A DNA stretch of 64,000 bases from a virus: positions 8,115 to 72,114 of the IMG/VR virus record IMGVR_UViG_3300020347_000003; one strand, given 5' to 3'. Position numbers and translations under genes: made by a program. The number at the start of each line of letters is the position of its first letter. Within the stretch, counting starts at the first letter, position 1. The notes under the pieces were generated by a model, which saw only the letters and a list, made by a program, of their open reading frames with translations, had not been told where the DNA came from and did not search any database. Shown piece after piece: positions 62,773-64,000 of this stretch.

Positions 62773-64000
62773 ATGAAAGAAACTGAAGAATTTCGTATTC
62801 TTACCGCAAGACAACACGTTCGTGAGCGCATCGGCATGTACATGGGTTCATCTTCTAAAGAGGAGATAGAACGCTTTGTGCTGGGTCAATGGTCTAAGGC
62901 GACCTACGTTCCAGCTCTATCAAAAATGGTGGACGAGATACTCGATAACGCCATTGATGAGGCAATCCGAACCAACTTTAAGTTTGCCAATAAGATTAAT
63001 GTATCTATAGATGGTAATAAGGTCATCGTTGCCGATAATGGCCGAGGTATCCCACAAGACGAAGTGTTTGATGAACAGACAGGTAAAAAGATTCTACGTC
63101 CTGTTGCTGCGTGGACTAAGGTCAATGCTGGTACTTCTTTTGATGACGAAAGGGTGACGATAGGAACCAATGGTGTCGGTTCTGCTGCCACCAACTTCTT
63201 ATCTACACAATTTATTGGTCGTACCTGGCAGAATGGAAACCTGATTGAGGTGAAGTGTCAACAAGGTGCTGAGGTGACCAAGGTGAACCAGAAACCTCGG
63301 GATGGTAATGGTACAGAGGTCACGTTCGTTGCCGATTTCGATCTGTTCGAAGTGACTGGCCTTGATGAACTGGATACTGTCGCCTTGATTGAGGATCGAT
63401 TGATCAGCCTTCAAATGGCCTTTCCTGAGATTGCATTCTCTTTTAATAAGAGACGGGTTAAGGTATCAGATCTAAAGAAATATGCAGCCCTCTATGATGA
63501 GTCGTGTGTCGTTGAGAAATCACAAGACTTGTCATTCTTCTTCGCACCTTCTGAGGATGGGTTTCGAACCAACAGTTATGTCAACGGTGTGAATACTCGA
63601 CAGGGTGGTACGTATGTTGATTACATTGTAAATGGTGTCGTTGAAGAACTGGTGTCAATGATCAAACGTAAACACAAGGTTGAGGTTGCAAAGACTACCA
63701 TCAAAGGTGGTTTGACCTTTATCAAGTTTGCTCGGAATTTTGTGAATCCAAAGTTTGACAGTCAGACCAAAGAACGCCTCACCAACCCAATGTCTAATGT
63801 ACGTGAACACATGGATAAGGCTGAGGTTAAGGATTTTCAAGCCCTTGCACGAAAGATCATGGCGACCTGTGCCATCATTGACCCGATTATCGAAGCTCAG
63901 TTGGCCAAGAAAATTGCTGCGGACAAACGTGCTGCAACCCTTGCTCAGAAAAAACTTCGTAAGGCAAAGGTTGCCAAACATATCTCAGCTAATCGTGATG
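62773..64000 (+). CDS. DNA topoisomerase II large subunit (T4 gp39-like), partial
   Basis: Not in the ORF track. MKETEEFRILTARQHVRERIGMYMGS; GHKL motifs EILDNAIDE, DNGRGIP, GTNGVGS; FDSQTKERL. Confidence 0.93.
   Translation, partial: MKETEEFRILTARQHVRERIGMYMGSSSKEEIERFVLGQWSKATYVPALSKMVDEILDNAIDEAIRTNFKFANKINVSIDGNKVIVADNGRGIPQDEVFDEQTGKKILRPVAAWTKVNAGTSFDDERVTIGTNGVGSAATNFLSTQFIGRTWQNGNLIEVKCQQGAEVTKVNQKPRDGNGTEVTFVADFDLFEVTGLDELDTVALIEDRLISLQMAFPEIAFSFNKRRVKVSDLKKYAALYDESCVVEKSQDLSFFFAPSEDGFRTNSYVNGVNTRQGGTYVDYIVNGVVEELVSMIKRKHKVEVAKTTIKGGLTFIKFARNFVNPKFDSQTKERLTNPMSNVREHMDKAEVKDFQALARKIMATCAIIDPIIEAQLAKKIAADKRAATLAQKKLRKAKVAKHISANRD

Noticed and set aside
312-63981. Numerous short opposite-strand or alternate-frame ORFs in the six-frame track (e.g. 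3617..4099+, 22235..22726+, 62904..63194-, 63655..63981-)
   Set aside because: They are shadows of well-supported genes on the other strand or frame, with no SD sequence or recognisable motifs
1-64000. Stop-codon reassignment, diversity-generating retroelement, integrase or transposase
   Set aside because: Core genes are full length in the standard code with all three stops in use; no reverse transcriptase, template/variable repeat pair or recombinase motifs were recognised

Overview
This window is a 64-kb segment of a large T4-like (Pantevenvirales-type) bacteriophage, probably marine and infecting a heterotrophic proteobacterium; host assignment is inference. Almost all genes lie on the minus strand. 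It carries T4 core replication and nucleotide genes (gp32, gp33, gp41, gp59, gp61, uvsX, rnh, gp39 partial, nrdA/nrdB, thyX, dCMP deaminase, dNMP kinase, phoH), lysis genes, two tRNAs (Tyr-GTA, Arg-TCT), about 15 near-perfect sigma70 early promoters and several T4 late promoters (TATAAATA). Five accessory features stand out. (1) A heme/tetrapyrrole and redox set: glyA, 5-aminolevulinate synthase, YbaN, cytochrome c, an alternative oxidase inserted between nrdA and nrdB, and a late-promoter heme oxygenase plus PcyX/PcyA-like bilin reductase. (2) A block of probable capsid-packaged, injected proteins with T4 capsid-targeting-like N-termini, including a ligase-superfamily (KxDG) protein, a P-loop kinase, a HIGH-type nucleotidyltransferase and a nuclease-like protein. 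(3) A late-promoter operon of secreted proteins ending in a fimbrial-pilin-like gene, truncated at the left edge. (4) Three separate glycan-modification clusters. (5) Several structured intergenic RNAs and a repeated box upstream of early promoters. All assignments come from by-eye motif recognition; no database searches were run.
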